A DNA stretch of 64,000 nucleotides from Pseudomonadaceae bacterium (lineage in GTDB: Bacteria > Pseudomonadota > Alphaproteobacteria > UBA2136 > UBA6156). Shown here piece after piece: positions 46,208 through 56,843 of this stretch (the first letter of the stretch is position 1; every line of letters begins with the position of its first letter). A program made the translations under genes and the position numbers. Location of the stretch: NCBI GenBank assembly GCA_024236095.1, contig JACKLD010000012.1, positions 345,219 to 409,218 of the forward strand, given 5' to 3'. The notes beneath the pieces are model-generated. The model saw only the letters and a program-made list of their open reading frames with translations. It ran no database searches and was not told the origin of the DNA.

Positions 46208-47808
46208 GATTTATCTCCTAAGATTTCCACCCGCGTGCGCCGACCAGCAAACAGGTCGCTTAATACCTTGTCGCGCCGCGGTGCTTCGTAGGCATCGGGC
46301 TTGGCGGAGTCACTTCCGACCGCACACCCATTCCCAAAGCTAAACCCACAGGCGCCCTTCTCATCATACGCCGCCAGCACTTCCTCGCGGTGGCTGGTGG
46401 GGATGACGAAACGGTCTTCGTAATTAGCAATGGCCAGCAGCTGGTACATTTGCTCAACCTGAGCGGGGCTAAGCCCAACACTTTCCAAAATATGAGCAGC
46501 ATCTTCGCCATCCACCGTTTGCTTGCGCTTATAAAACCGCATAGCCAGCATCCGCTTAAGAGCAAGCTCAACAGGTGCTTCATCGCCCGCCGTCAGTAAG
46601 TTGGCCAAGTAACGCATGGGGATGCGCAAGGCTTTTACATCGGGCAGCAAACCGTCGGTAGGAATGAGCCCATTGGTGGCCGCCGCCTGAATGGGTGAGA
46701 GCGGCGGCACATACCACACCATCGGCAGGGTGCGGTATTCCGGGTGCAACGGCAGGGCCAACTGCCATTCCACCGCCAGTTTATATATGGGCGAATGCTG
46801 GGCGGATTCCACCCAGCTGTCAGGGATGCCATCGCGCTTGGCGGCGGCAATCACCTCCGGGTCATTGGGGTCAAGGAAGACATCCAGTTGGGCTTTGTAA
46901 AGGTCTTGTTCGTTTTCGGTAGCCGCCGCTTCGGCAATGCGGTCGGCATCGTACAGCAGCACGCCCAAGTAACGGATGCGCCCTACACAGGTTTCCGAAC
47001 ACACGGTGGGTTGCCCTGCTTCAATCCGCGGATAGCATAGGGTGCATTTCTCAGCTTTGCCGGTGTGCCAGTTGTAATACATTTTTTTATAGGGGCAGCC
47101 CGAGACGCACATGCGCCAGCCTCGGCATTTGTCTTGGTCGACCAGCACAATACCATCTTCTTCCCGCTTATATACCGACCCCGAGGGGCAAACCGCGACA
47201 CAGGTGGGGTTTAGGCAATGTTCGCACAGGCGGGGCAGGTACATCATGAAAGTCTGCTCAAACTGGCCGAGAATTTCCTTTTCCGCCACATCGCGCAGGT
47301 TGGTATCGTTTTTACGGCTTTCATACGGAGTTGCCAGAATTTCCTCCCAGTTCGGGCCGCGCTCGATTTTTTCCATCCGCTTGCCGCTGATCAGCGAACG
47401 CGGGCGGGCCGTAGGAGCAGCCTCACTTGGCCCAGCACTTTGCAGATGATTGTAATCAAATGTGAATGGCTCATAGTAATCCGCTACTTGTGGCAAATGG
47501 GGATTACCGAATATTTTGGCCAGCACGCCCAACTTGCCACCTAGTTTGGGCACCAGTTTACCCTCTTTGGTGCGCACCCACCCTCCGCGCCATTTCTCCT
47601 GATTTTCCCAGTCATTGGGGTAGCCTAAGCCCGGCTTGGTTTCCACATTGTTGAACCACGCGTATTCCACACCAGGACGGCTGGTCCAGGTGTTCTTGCA
47701 GGTCACAGAGCACGTATGGCAACCGATGCATTTATCAAGGTTCAGCACCATGGAAACCTGGGCGCGAACCTTACCAATCGGGCGACGAGGTGTTGAAGAT
47801 ATGCTCAT
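46204..47808 (-). CDS. narH: Respiratory nitrate reductase beta subunit (Fe-S)
   Basis: The ATG at 47808 gives MSISSTPRRPIGKVRAQVSMVLNLDKCIGCHTCSVTCKNTW, plus further Cys clusters. The upstream 32 codons of the track ORF overlap narG. Confidence 0.96.
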   Translation of the reverse strand: MSISSTPRRPIGKVRAQVSMVLNLDKCIGCHTCSVTCKNTWTSRPGVEYAWFNNVETKPGLGYPNDWENQEKWRGGWVRTKEGKLVPKLGGKLGVLAKIFGNPHLPQVADYYEPFTFDYNHLQSAGPSEAAPTARPRSLISGKRMEKIERGPNWEEILATPYESRKNDTNLRDVAEKEILGQFEQTFMMYLPRLCEHCLNPTCVAVCPSGSVYKREEDGIVLVDQDKCRGWRMCVSGCPYKKMYYNWHTGKAEKCTLCYPRIEAGQPTVCSETCVGRIRYLGVLLYDADRIAEAAATENEQDLYKAQLDVFLDPNDPEVIAAAKRDGIPDSWVESAQHSPIYKLAVEWQLALPLHPEYRTLPMVWYVPPLSPIQAAATNGLIPTDGLLPDVKALRIPMRYLANLLTAGDEAPVELALKRMLAMRFYKRKQTVDGEDAAHILESVGLSPAQVEQMYQLLAIANYEDRFVIPTSHREEVLAAYDEKGACGFSFGNGCAVGSDSAKPDAYEAPRRDKVLSDLFAGRRTRVEILGDKS

Positions 47809-47809
47809 A

Positions 47810-50800
47810 TTAGGCCACTTTCTTACTGCTGGAGTGAGATGTTTCGGAGGCAGGGCCTTCCAGCCATTCCACCTGTTCAAGGCGCCGCACCACGACAAAC
47901 TCATCGCGGTTACAGCCTACGGTGCCGTAATAGTTGAATCCGTAGGAAAGCTGTGCATAGCCGCCAATCATGTGCGTCGGTTTCAGCACTGTGCGTGTGA
48001 CGGAGTTGTGAATCCCACCGCGTTGCCCTGTACTTGGGCTGCCAGGTGTGTTGATGATTTTCTCCTGCGCGTGGTACATCATCGTCATACCTTCCGGCAC
48101 CCGCTGGCTAACAATGGCGCGGGCAACCAGTGAACCATTGACGTTCACAAACTCCACCCAATCGTTGTCGGCGATATTGGCCTTGGCGGCATCAATCTCG
48201 GAAAGCCAGACAATCGGCCCGCCGCGTGAGAGTGTAAGCATCAGCAGGTTGTCGGAATACGTGCTGTGTATTCCCCACTTCTGGTGCGGCGTGATGAAGT
48301 TCAGAACCAGCGTTTTTTCGTCTTTATAACGCTCTAACAAGGGCTGGACGGTTTGTAGATCAACGGGAGGTTTGTAGCATACTAATCCTTCACCAAAATC
48401 CCTCATCCAGCTGTGGTCTTGATACAGTTGTTGACGGCCTGTGAGTGTGCGCCACGGAATGAACTCATGTACATTGGTGTAACCTGCGTTATAGGTCACG
48501 TTTTCGTCTTCAATCCCGCTCCAGATGGGTGACGAGATGATTTTTCGGGGTTGGGCCTGTAAATCGCGGAAGCGATGCTTCTCGTGGTGACGACCTTCGG
48601 CCAAGTGGGTGTGGTGGCGGCCCGTGGCTTTTTCAAGCGAAGCCCATGATTTGACGGCCACTTCACCATTGGTTTCGGGCGCCAGCTGCAGAATGGCCTC
48701 GCAGAACTCAATGTCGGTCTTCATGCTGGGTTGACCGTTGGCTGCGGTGCCGTTCAAGGCCCGAAGTTGGTTCATTTCCAGCTCGGTGTTCCAGCTCATC
48801 CCTTTGCCGCCGTTGCCGACTTTTTCAAGTAAAGGGCCAATGCTGGTAAAGCGTTCATACAGCTTGGTGTAATCTCGCGTTACCACTGTCACGTTCGGCA
48901 TATTTTTGCCGGGGACAGGCTTTTCGGAACCCGTCAGCCAATCTTTCACATCGTAAGGTTGAGCCAGCTCGCCAGGGGTATCGTGCAGAATGGGGCTGAT
49001 AACCATATCCTTTTCTTCCCCCAAATGCCCGGGGCAGAGTTTGGAAACATTTTCGGCAAAACCCTTGAAGATGTTGTAATCCGTTCGGCTTTCCCACACG
49101 GGGTCTACCGCCGCGCTCAGTGGGTGGATAAACGGGTGCATATCCGAGGTGTTGAGGTCATGTTTTTCATACCAGCTGGCGGTAGGCAGCACGATATCGG
49201 CATACAGGCAAGTGGTGGACATCCGGAAGTCCAGCGCGACCAGCAAGTCAAGTTTCCCTTCCGGTGCCTCGTCGTGCCACTCGACCACTTTATTATGGTG
49301 TTTACCTTCAACGCCCATATCTTCACCCAATACGCCGTGTTGCGTGCCGAGAAGGTGTTTGAGGAAATACTCGTGCCCTTTGCCGCTGGATCCGAGCAGA
49401 TTGGAACGCCACACAAACAGGTTGCGTGGCCAGTTGGCTTCGGCATCAGGGTCCAGGCAGGAAAGTTGGGTATCACCCTTCACAAGTTGTTCAGCCAACC
49501 AAGCAGGTGCCTCTTTGCCTTGAGGAAGCAGCTTACCCAGCTGCAGTGGGTTGGTGGCCAGTTGCGGGGCTGAAGGTAGCCAGCCCATACTTTCGGCACG
49601 GGCGTTGCAGTCAATAAAACTCCCTTGCCAGTTTTTGGTGTTGGCCAGCGGTGAGAGCAGGTCTTTCACGTCCAGTTTTTCGTAACGCCATTGGTCGGTA
49701 TGGGCATACCAGAAACTGGTGCTGTTCATCTGGCGGCTGGGGCGGTACCAATCTCCGCCAAAGGCCAGCGGGGCCCAACCACTTTGGGGGCGGAGTTTTT
49801 CCTGCCCCACATAGTGGGCCCAACCGCCACCAGGTTGGCCAATGCATCCGCAAAATACCAACATGTTGATGATGGCACGGTAGTTCATATCCATGTGATA
49901 CCAATGGTTCATCGCCGCGCCGATGATGATGGTACTGCGGCCCTTGGTTTTGGCGGCGTTATCGGCAAAGGCGCGGGCCACTTGCAGCACGAGTTCGGGC
50001 TTCACACCCGTAATGGCTTGCTGCCAACCGGGCGTATAAGGCTGGTTATCAGTATAGGTTTTACCAACGGTTTTGTCCTTCAGGCCACGGTCCACGCCGT
50101 AGTGGGCCAGCATCAGATCGTGCACAGTGGCCACCAATACGTGACCTTTTTTGGCTTTGAGCTTTTTCACCGGAACCTTGCGCAGCAACACATCCGAGTG
50201 TTCGGTATGGGTAAAATGGTCGTGAGGCTGGTTGCCAAAATAAGGGAAGGCCACATCCGTCACGTCATCCTCAACACCCAGCAGGCTTAAACGCAGCTCT
50301 GGTGTTTCCCCTTTTTGTGGCTTAAGGTGCCATTTGCCTTGTTCACCCCAACGGAAGCCTACACTCCCACTGGGCACAACCAACTCACTTTTTTTACCTT
50401 CGGTAAAGGCCAACGTCTTCCAATCTGGGTTGTTTGTCTCACCAGCATCGGACGGTAAATCGGCGGCCCGTAAAAAGCGTCCCGGCACGAGTTTGCCATT
50501 CTGTTCATCCAGCTGCACCAGCATGGGCATATCGGAATAAGCCTTGGCATAACTTTGGAAATAGGGGTTTGGGTTTTCTACGTAATATTCTTTCAAAATC
50601 ACATGTCCCATCGCCATGGCCAATGCGGCATCGGTGCCTTGCTTAGGGGCCATCCATACATCGGCCAACTTGCTAGCTTCCGAGAAGTCAGGGCACACCG
50701 CAATCGTGGTGGCGCCCTTGTAGCGGGCTTCGGTGAGGAAGTGAGCATCCGGCGTACGAGTTTGTGGCACGTTGCTGCCCCACATCATGAGCAGGCCCGC

Positions 50801-51538
50801 GTTGTACCAATCGGCACTTTCGGGCACATCGGTTTGCTCGCCCCATGTTTGCGGACTGCTGGGGGGTAGATCGCAATACCAATCGTAAAAGCTCATACAC
50901 ACTCCACCCAACAGCGAAAGATAACGAGCGCCAGCCCCGTAGCTGACCATGCTCATGGCTGGAATGGGGGAGAAGCCGATCACGCGGTCAGGACCCCATT
51001 TTTTGGCGGTATAAATGTTTGCCGAGGCTATAAGTTCGTTGATTTCATTCCAGCCTACCCGAATAAAACCACCATGGCCGCGGGCTTTTTGGTAGGCCTT
51101 ACGTTCGGCTGGCTGGGCTTGGAGGGTTGCCCATGCATCCACAGGGTCGGTGTGCAGGGCCTTGGTGGCTTGCCAGCGCTCCCACAACGCACGGCGCACC
51201 AGTGGGTATTTCAGGCGGTTGGCGCTGTAAATATACCAACTGTAACTGGCACCACGCGCGCAGCCACGGGGTTCGTGGTTGGGCATATCGGGGCGAGTGC
51301 GTGGGTAATCTGTCTGTTGGGTTTCCCAGGTGACCAAACCATTCTTGACGTAAATCTTCCAACTGCAACTGCCAGTACAGTTCACCCCATGGGTGCTGCG
51401 GACAATTTTATCGTGTTGCCAACGCTGGCGGTATGCCTGTTCCCACGAGCGGCTCTCGTCGGTGAGTTGACCGTGCCCGTCGGCATAAGGCTCTGGCTTT
51501 TTGCTGAATTGGCTTAGTTTTTCGAAAAGATAGCTCAT
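47810..51538 (-). CDS. narG: Respiratory nitrate reductase alpha subunit (Mo-bisMGD)
   Basis: 1242 aa. The N-terminal FS0 motif is HGVNCTGSCSW, there is no twin-arginine signal, and the body is long and conserved. Confidence 0.97.
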   Translation of the reverse strand: MSYLFEKLSQFSKKPEPYADGHGQLTDESRSWEQAYRQRWQHDKIVRSTHGVNCTGSCSWKIYVKNGLVTWETQQTDYPRTRPDMPNHEPRGCARGASYSWYIYSANRLKYPLVRRALWERWQATKALHTDPVDAWATLQAQPAERKAYQKARGHGGFIRVGWNEINELIASANIYTAKKWGPDRVIGFSPIPAMSMVSYGAGARYLSLLGGVCMSFYDWYCDLPPSSPQTWGEQTDVPESADWYNAGLLMMWGSNVPQTRTPDAHFLTEARYKGATTIAVCPDFSEASKLADVWMAPKQGTDAALAMAMGHVILKEYYVENPNPYFQSYAKAYSDMPMLVQLDEQNGKLVPGRFLRAADLPSDAGETNNPDWKTLAFTEGKKSELVVPSGSVGFRWGEQGKWHLKPQKGETPELRLSLLGVEDDVTDVAFPYFGNQPHDHFTHTEHSDVLLRKVPVKKLKAKKGHVLVATVHDLMLAHYGVDRGLKDKTVGKTYTDNQPYTPGWQQAITGVKPELVLQVARAFADNAAKTKGRSTIIIGAAMNHWYHMDMNYRAIINMLVFCGCIGQPGGGWAHYVGQEKLRPQSGWAPLAFGGDWYRPSRQMNSTSFWYAHTDQWRYEKLDVKDLLSPLANTKNWQGSFIDCNARAESMGWLPSAPQLATNPLQLGKLLPQGKEAPAWLAEQLVKGDTQLSCLDPDAEANWPRNLFVWRSNLLGSSGKGHEYFLKHLLGTQHGVLGEDMGVEGKHHNKVVEWHDEAPEGKLDLLVALDFRMSTTCLYADIVLPTASWYEKHDLNTSDMHPFIHPLSAAVDPVWESRTDYNIFKGFAENVSKLCPGHLGEEKDMVISPILHDTPGELAQPYDVKDWLTGSEKPVPGKNMPNVTVVTRDYTKLYERFTSIGPLLEKVGNGGKGMSWNTELEMNQLRALNGTAANGQPSMKTDIEFCEAILQLAPETNGEVAVKSWASLEKATGRHHTHLAEGRHHEKHRFRDLQAQPRKIISSPIWSGIEDENVTYNAGYTNVHEFIPWRTLTGRQQLYQDHSWMRDFGEGLVCYKPPVDLQTVQPLLERYKDEKTLVLNFITPHQKWGIHSTYSDNLLMLTLSRGGPIVWLSEIDAAKANIADNDWVEFVNVNGSLVARAIVSQRVPEGMTMMYHAQEKIINTPGSPSTGQRGGIHNSVTRTVLKPTHMIGGYAQLSYGFNYYGTVGCNRDEFVVVRRLEQVEWLEGPASETSHSSSKKVA

Positions 51539-51547
51539 GATATTCTC

Positions 51548-53152
51548 CTAGGCGTTGAAATGTTCGGCTTTGGGGCGCAGGTAAACCCACCCATTCAGGA
51601 AAAGGCACAGCAGATAAAAGGCGGCAAACCCGTACATGGCGTATTCGGGCGTACCCCCCTTGATTTGCTCACCAATGATTTGTGGAATCAGAAATGATCC
51701 ATAGGCAGCCACAGCAGATGTCCAACCCAGCACTGGTCCCGCTTGTTCACGGCTAAAAACCACACCAATCGTGCGGAAGGTGGAACCATTCCCCAGACCA
51801 GAAGCAAAGAATAGCAGGATAAACACCCCAAGTGTTACCGGGAAGTGAACTTCTGGCGTCGGAGATGCATAGGCCAGACTAAGGTAGTATCCCGCTGCCA
51901 CAGCACCACCAACCATCAGTACTGAGGATATTTGTGTGACCAACGCTCCACCCCATTTATCAGCTAGCCAGCCACCCACGGGGCGGATGAGAGCCCCTAC
52001 AAACGGCCCAATCCAGACATACATAAAAGCTGCGGGGGCATTGGGATTGGCGAGGGTGTGCGTCATGGTCCCAGCCGCATCTGGCGCGTGACTAAACCCA
52101 AAAATCACGGTGATGGCGAGCGGTAAGGCCGCAGAAAAACCAATAAAGCTACCGAACGTCATCGTATAGATGATGGTCATGACCCATGTGTGGTTGTTTT
52201 TGAAAATCCCATACTGGCGCTCAAGCCCAGCCTTCGCTTCGGGCGGCAAAACAAAACGCATGGCTAATACGGTGACGGCAATCATGGCGGGGAGGACAAG
52301 CCATTTGGAAAGTTCAACCCCACCGGCAGGTAACATCAGCCACAGGCCTGTAGCACTGGTTAATAGGCCCACTCCCAGCAGCTTACTTATGGTCAACATA
52401 GCCTCTGATAATGAGGGGACTCTAGGAGTGACGTGGGCGGCTTCCAGGTTGTTCATACCCCAGCGAATAGCAAACACCAAGGGTACAAGCACCGCCACCC
52501 ACATCCACCCCGCATTATGCAGGTAAGTGGCGGTGCCCGCTGCAATCTGGCCAATGGGGCTACCGCTCGCTTTCTGTAAAAGCATACTGCTTCCACCAAA
52601 CACGCCAACCGTCATAAGAAGGGGCACCATGAATTGCATGGTGGTAACGCCAAAGTTACCCAAGCCTGCGTTTAATCCTAAGGATAGACCTTGCATTTTT
52701 TTGGGGAAGAAAAAACTAATATTGCTCATGCTACTCGCAAAGTTACCCCCGCCAAACCCTGAAAGAAGAGCTAATAGCTGGAATACCCAGAGTGGCGTCT
52801 TGGTATCCAGTAAGGCAAAGGCTGCGCCAATGGCAGGTAAAAGAAGTAATGCCGTGGTGAACAAGAGGGTATTCATCCCCCCGCACAAGCGAATCAGGAA
52901 AGTGCTGGGAATGCGTAAAGTAGCCCCCGAAAGCCCGGCAATGGCGGTCAGAGTAAAATAATCAGCCTGACTAAATGGAAAGCCCAGATTCAACATCTGC
53001 ACCGTAATGATGCCCCACAACATCCATACGGCAAAACCACACAACAAGGCAGGGATGGAGATCCATAAATTGCGCCAAGCGACTTTCTTGCCTGTTTGTT
53101 CCCAGAATCTGGCATCATCAGGTTCCCATGTCGTGAGGGTGGATTGGCGCAT
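51548..53152 (-). CDS. narK: Nitrate/nitrite transporter, NarK2-like (MFS, NNP family)
   Basis: WRNLWISIPALLCGFAVWMLWGII and LSGATLRIPSTF align by eye with the E. coli NarK N-terminus. 12 or more hydrophobic segments. Confidence 0.9.
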   Translation of the reverse strand: MRQSTLTTWEPDDARFWEQTGKKVAWRNLWISIPALLCGFAVWMLWGIITVQMLNLGFPFSQADYFTLTAIAGLSGATLRIPSTFLIRLCGGMNTLLFTTALLLLPAIGAAFALLDTKTPLWVFQLLALLSGFGGGNFASSMSNISFFFPKKMQGLSLGLNAGLGNFGVTTMQFMVPLLMTVGVFGGSSMLLQKASGSPIGQIAAGTATYLHNAGWMWVAVLVPLVFAIRWGMNNLEAAHVTPRVPSLSEAMLTISKLLGVGLLTSATGLWLMLPAGGVELSKWLVLPAMIAVTVLAMRFVLPPEAKAGLERQYGIFKNNHTWVMTIIYTMTFGSFIGFSAALPLAITVIFGFSHAPDAAGTMTHTLANPNAPAAFMYVWIGPFVGALIRPVGGWLADKWGGALVTQISSVLMVGGAVAAGYYLSLAYASPTPEVHFPVTLGVFILLFFASGLGNGSTFRTIGVVFSREQAGPVLGWTSAVAAYGSFLIPQIIGEQIKGGTPEYAMYGFAAFYLLCLFLNGWVYLRPKAEHFNA

Positions 53153-53165
53153 GGGGGTTTCTCCT

Positions 53166-54467
53166 TTATTTCTTTTGTGAGCCTAAATCTTGGGGCATAG
53201 CCAACGTGGGATGCTCGGATTTTTCCATGTGGCGAATCGTCCAATGCATCCAAATCATGGAAATAATCACCAACCCATAAAGCAGCATGAAGCAGCTGCT
53301 CCAAATACCCGTCAGATCATTCATGACGCCAAACAGAATCGGTAAAATCCAGCCACCCAAACCGCCTACCAGCCCCACCATGCCACTCACGGCGCCCACG
53401 CGGTTGGGGTAATAAGAAACGATATGCTTGTAAACGGCGGCTTTGCCAAAGCTCATGAAAAACCCCAACACAAAGAGAATGCCGGTAAAGGCCCATACAT
53501 TCCAACCGAAACTGAAGGTTATATCGCCTTTAATGCCGTGGATGACATAGTCGGTATGCGGGTAAGCCAACAAAAAACAGCAGATAATGCTCACCCAGAA
53601 GGTGGCGTACATAACCGTACGGGCGCCATAGCGATCAGAGAGCCAGCCGCCCCAAGCACGGAAAACGCTGGCGGAGAGCGAATAGCTGGCAGCGAGTAAT
53701 CCGGCCAATTTGATATCCACCCCGTAAGCGCCCGTTAGGTAGCGCGGCAACCATAAGGCCAAAGCCACAAAGGCCCCAAACACAAAAAAGTAATAGAGAG
53801 AGAAGCGCCAAACACGGGCGTCCTTCAACGGCTCTAACTGGTCCCAGAAACTCTCAGGAGGCTGACCTTCGGCCACACGTTTAGCCAGAGTAGGCTCATC
53901 TTTTGTGCCAAACCAAAATACTGCTGTCATCAGCAGCAAGGCCGCCGCCCAGACTTGGGCCACCATGGGCCAGCCAAAGGCAATCATCACATATGGAGCC
54001 ACAAACTTGGTAACAGCCGCCCCGGCATTGCCCATGCCCAATACTCCCATGGCCATCCCTTTACGGTGGGGGGGGAACCAGTGAGCTACGTAAGTAATTC
54101 CCACTACGAACGACCCTCCCGCAATGCCGACCCCAAGGGCCGCCAGGAGGATTTGACTATAGGTTTGCGCCCCACTCAGGAGAAATGTAGCCAGCGAGGA
54201 TGCCAACATCACCCAGGCAAACATCACACGACCACCGAACTGGTCTGTCCATATACCCAGCATTAAACGGATAAGCGAACCGGTCAGGATGGGGGTACCC
54301 ACCAAAATGCCCAACTGGGTGTCACTTAATCCGAGGTCTTTCTGAATCTGTACCCCAATAATGGCAAAGATCGTCCACACGGCAAAACAGACGGTAAAGG
54401 CAAGAGTACTCAGTGAAAGTGCGGCTGTTTGGTCACCCGTTGAAGGCGCTATATTCTCATTTTTCAT
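53166..54467 (-). CDS. narK: Nitrate transporter, NarK1-like (MFS, NNP family)
   Basis: ATG at 54467. LAFTVCFAVWTIFAIIGVQIQKDLGLSDTQ and GIWTDQFGGR. Confidence 0.88.
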   Translation of the reverse strand: MKNENIAPSTGDQTAALSLSTLAFTVCFAVWTIFAIIGVQIQKDLGLSDTQLGILVGTPILTGSLIRLMLGIWTDQFGGRVMFAWVMLASSLATFLLSGAQTYSQILLAALGVGIAGGSFVVGITYVAHWFPPHRKGMAMGVLGMGNAGAAVTKFVAPYVMIAFGWPMVAQVWAAALLLMTAVFWFGTKDEPTLAKRVAEGQPPESFWDQLEPLKDARVWRFSLYYFFVFGAFVALALWLPRYLTGAYGVDIKLAGLLAASYSLSASVFRAWGGWLSDRYGARTVMYATFWVSIICCFLLAYPHTDYVIHGIKGDITFSFGWNVWAFTGILFVLGFFMSFGKAAVYKHIVSYYPNRVGAVSGMVGLVGGLGGWILPILFGVMNDLTGIWSSCFMLLYGLVIISMIWMHWTIRHMEKSEHPTLAMPQDLGSQKK

Positions 54468-54500
54468 GGGGTCAAAATGCACCTTATTTTGCAACCCCAC

Positions 54501-54514
54501 TTGAGGCAGATCAA
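54501..54514. promoter_or_regulatory. FNR-type box in the divergent narK1 / moeB promoter region
   Basis: TTGAGgcagATCAA. The centre is 40.5 nt from the narK1 ATG and 41.5 nt from the moeB ATG. Confidence 0.6.
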
Positions 54515-54548
54515 TCGGCAACTGAAAGTGACCTCTAAAGTAACCCCC

Positions 54549-55265
54549 ATGAGTGAATTACGACACAGTCGGTATGGCTTGCTTGCAGGGGTGGAAACTG
54601 AGGGACTAGCACGTCAATACCAAACACATATCACACTGATCGGTTGTGGAGGGGTTGGACAAGCCGTGACGGGGATGTTGGGAGCCGCTGGGAATGGATG
54701 CCTAACCCTGATTGACCCCGAACATATTACCCTTAGCAACATCAGCCGCCTACCGCTAATGCAGGCCAGCGATGTTGGACGCCCTAAGGTAGAAGCATTG
54801 GCCGATGCCATTCGGCGAAATCATCCCGAACAGCGGGTTATATGTTTGCAGGAGATTATCAGTTCGCGGACGCTGGATGGATTGTGCAGTAAAACCAATA
54901 TTATGATTGATGCCACCGATAACTGGCCAACCCGCAAACTGCTTGCAACCTATTGCCGTGAGAAAAAGATACCCCTTGTCAGTGGTGGAGCTTTGGCCAC
55001 CGATGGCTGGGTGGGGATGTTCATGCCCGATGGCCCGCCGCTGGAAGCGTGGCTAGGCCAGCCTGGGCAATTGGCCGATACCTGCGAGAGTGTGGGCGTG
55101 TTGGGGCCACTGGTGGGGATTGTGGGTAACTGGATGGCCATGGAGACCCTGAAACTCATCTGGCAGAGCAGCAACCCAACCCGGTGGCAAACGCTCACGG
55201 GGCGAATTGTTTACATTGATGGTCGTTATAGCGATGTTCGAATACAACCTCTTGGCAATGCCTAA
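54549..55265 (+). CDS. moeB: Molybdopterin-synthase adenylyltransferase (ThiF/MoeB family, no rhodanese domain)
   Basis: ATG at 54549. RYGLL..., nucleotide loop LIGCGGVGQAV, SNISRLPL and DATDNWPTR. Confidence 0.8.
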   Translation: MSELRHSRYGLLAGVETEGLARQYQTHITLIGCGGVGQAVTGMLGAAGNGCLTLIDPEHITLSNISRLPLMQASDVGRPKVEALADAIRRNHPEQRVICLQEIISSRTLDGLCSKTNIMIDATDNWPTRKLLATYCREKKIPLVSGGALATDGWVGMFMPDGPPLEAWLGQPGQLADTCESVGVLGPLVGIVGNWMAMETLKLIWQSSNPTRWQTLTGRIVYIDGRYSDVRIQPLGNA

Positions 55266-55555
55266 ATGCGGCTAAGCCTATCCCGTTTATCTACTTCCAT
55301 TATAATTTTTGGTGTCACGGTGTTCAGGATAATCCCGTTTTCGGGCTCGGCCTGAAGGTCATGAAAGTCTCTTGTTCCCAGTTTCAACAATGGGAAGGAT
55401 GGCCAACCTGTCAGTACCGAGATTGGTCCTGACGTAGACTGAACCGTCCATTCCCATCCTGCGCACGTCATATGGAGAGCTTCCGCTGTTAACGCCTCAA
55501 GTTCGGCATAGGTTAACCGGATACGCACACCTTCCGAGGTCAGGGTCAGCTTCAT
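55262..55555 (-). CDS. Hypothetical protein (97 aa), translationally coupled to mobA
   Basis: The ATG overlaps the mobA stop (ATGA). MKLTLTSEGVRIRLTYAELEALT... has no recognisable family. Confidence 0.5.
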   Translation of the reverse strand: MKLTLTSEGVRIRLTYAELEALTAEALHMTCAGWEWTVQSTSGPISVLTGWPSFPLLKLGTRDFHDLQAEPENGIILNTVTPKIIMEVDKRDRLSRI

Positions 55556-56127
55556 GAGTTTGATACATCCTTCATATTTTGAAGGGCTGCCCAATCATCC
55601 GGTGTATTGATATTTGTCAAAAAGCCAGTTTGTTTAGGTCGTGGCAACCATACAGCTTCTGGTATTATGTCCCATAAGCCTTTAAGTGATGCTCCTGGCT
55701 GCTTGGCGTAAGTGGTTACCTTCTGCTGAAGGTCTGGGGTGATACGCATCACACAGGGTAAAGGGTTCTCCGCATAGGCCACCAAGGGAGAAGGATGGAT
55801 CAACAAAGACTGCAAGGCCGCGGGTGTGAGCAGTGGCATATCCACCGGCGCTATGATGATTTTACCGGGGATAAGTGAAAACATCGCGTGTATCTGGTTC
55901 ATCATGTTGGCAATGGCAGCCACAGGGCCCCGAAAGGGTTGCGCATCGGGTAGGCTTGGCCAACCCGTAACCTGCCGTCCTGCCATCAACACGGCATCAC
56001 ATCCTGCTTGTTTCAGCAGATGGGCTTGCCGTTCCAACAAGGATTGACCATGCCACACCAGTTCGGCTTTATCGCGGCCCATGCGGCTGGAACGCCCACC
56101 CGCGAGAACCACACCCAACAGGCTCAT
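55552..56127 (-). CDS. mobA: Molybdenum cofactor guanylyltransferase
   Basis: MSLLGVVLAGGRSSRMGRDKAEL is the canonical N-terminus. Confidence 0.9.
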   Translation of the reverse strand: MSLLGVVLAGGRSSRMGRDKAELVWHGQSLLERQAHLLKQAGCDAVLMAGRQVTGWPSLPDAQPFRGPVAAIANMMNQIHAMFSLIPGKIIIAPVDMPLLTPAALQSLLIHPSPLVAYAENPLPCVMRITPDLQQKVTTYAKQPGASLKGLWDIIPEAVWLPRPKQTGFLTNINTPDDWAALQNMKDVSNS

Positions 56128-56585
56128 GCAGTTTCTCCTATTGTTTTGGCAAGCGCTTCAGGAAGGGGCGTGCCCTCCAGCCATGCTTCTTGGCCATTGG
56201 CATAAACCTCACATTTCCAAATCGGTACGCGCTGTTTGATGGTCTCAATCAAAAAGCGGCTGGCTTCATACGCTGCGGCGCGTTTGGGGGTTCCCACGGC
56301 AATATATACGCTAGGTTGGCCGATTTCAATGCGCCCATAGGCATGGGCCAGTATGAGTGTGTTGATTTCCCACTGTACCAGGGCATCTTCAGCAATAGAA
56401 TTCAGGGCTTGTCGGGCCAATTCGGGGGCACAGTCATAATCCAGTGCCACCACAGGTTTGCCAAGGTTCTGGTTACGCACTACGCCTACAAACGTCAGTA
56501 AAGCGCCTGATTCAGCATCTTGCGGTGTTGTTATCAACGCATTGAGATTCAGCGGGCCGTGTTGCAAGTGAATGAGAGGTTGCAT
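56124..56585 (-). CDS. moaE: Molybdopterin synthase catalytic subunit
   Basis: GALLTFVGVVRN...PSVYIAVGTPKRAAAYEASRFLIETIKQRVPIWK. Confidence 0.9.
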   Translation of the reverse strand: MQPLIHLQHGPLNLNALITTPQDAESGALLTFVGVVRNQNLGKPVVALDYDCAPELARQALNSIAEDALVQWEINTLILAHAYGRIEIGQPSVYIAVGTPKRAAAYEASRFLIETIKQRVPIWKCEVYANGQEAWLEGTPLPEALAKTIGETA

Positions 56586-56588
56586 GGT

Positions 56589-56843
56589 TTATCCCCCACA
56601 CACGGGCGGTAAAACCGCCAAATCTTCATGCAGTGGCAGTACATCATCTGGCTTCAGAACCTGCGTGCGTGTGGCCAGGGCAATAGCTTGTCCATCCAGC
56701 GGGATAAGTTCTAACAGACGTATTTGGGCTTCCCGCACGGTCGTGTTTTCAGGCAGTTCAAGAATCAACGTACGGCTGCCATAGGTGGCTTGGGTCATGC
56801 CATACAGGGTAAAGGTTAAGCTTGGCATGGCGGTAATCTCCAT
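56589..56843 (-). CDS. moaD: Molybdopterin synthase sulfur-carrier subunit
   Basis: About 80 aa ending in ...LPPVCGG (C-terminal Gly-Gly), directly upstream of moaE. The start is possibly at 56828. Confidence 0.85.
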   Translation of the reverse strand: MEITAMPSLTFTLYGMTQATYGSRTLILELPENTTVREAQIRLLELIPLDGQAIALATRTQVLKPDDVLPLHEDLAVLPPVCGG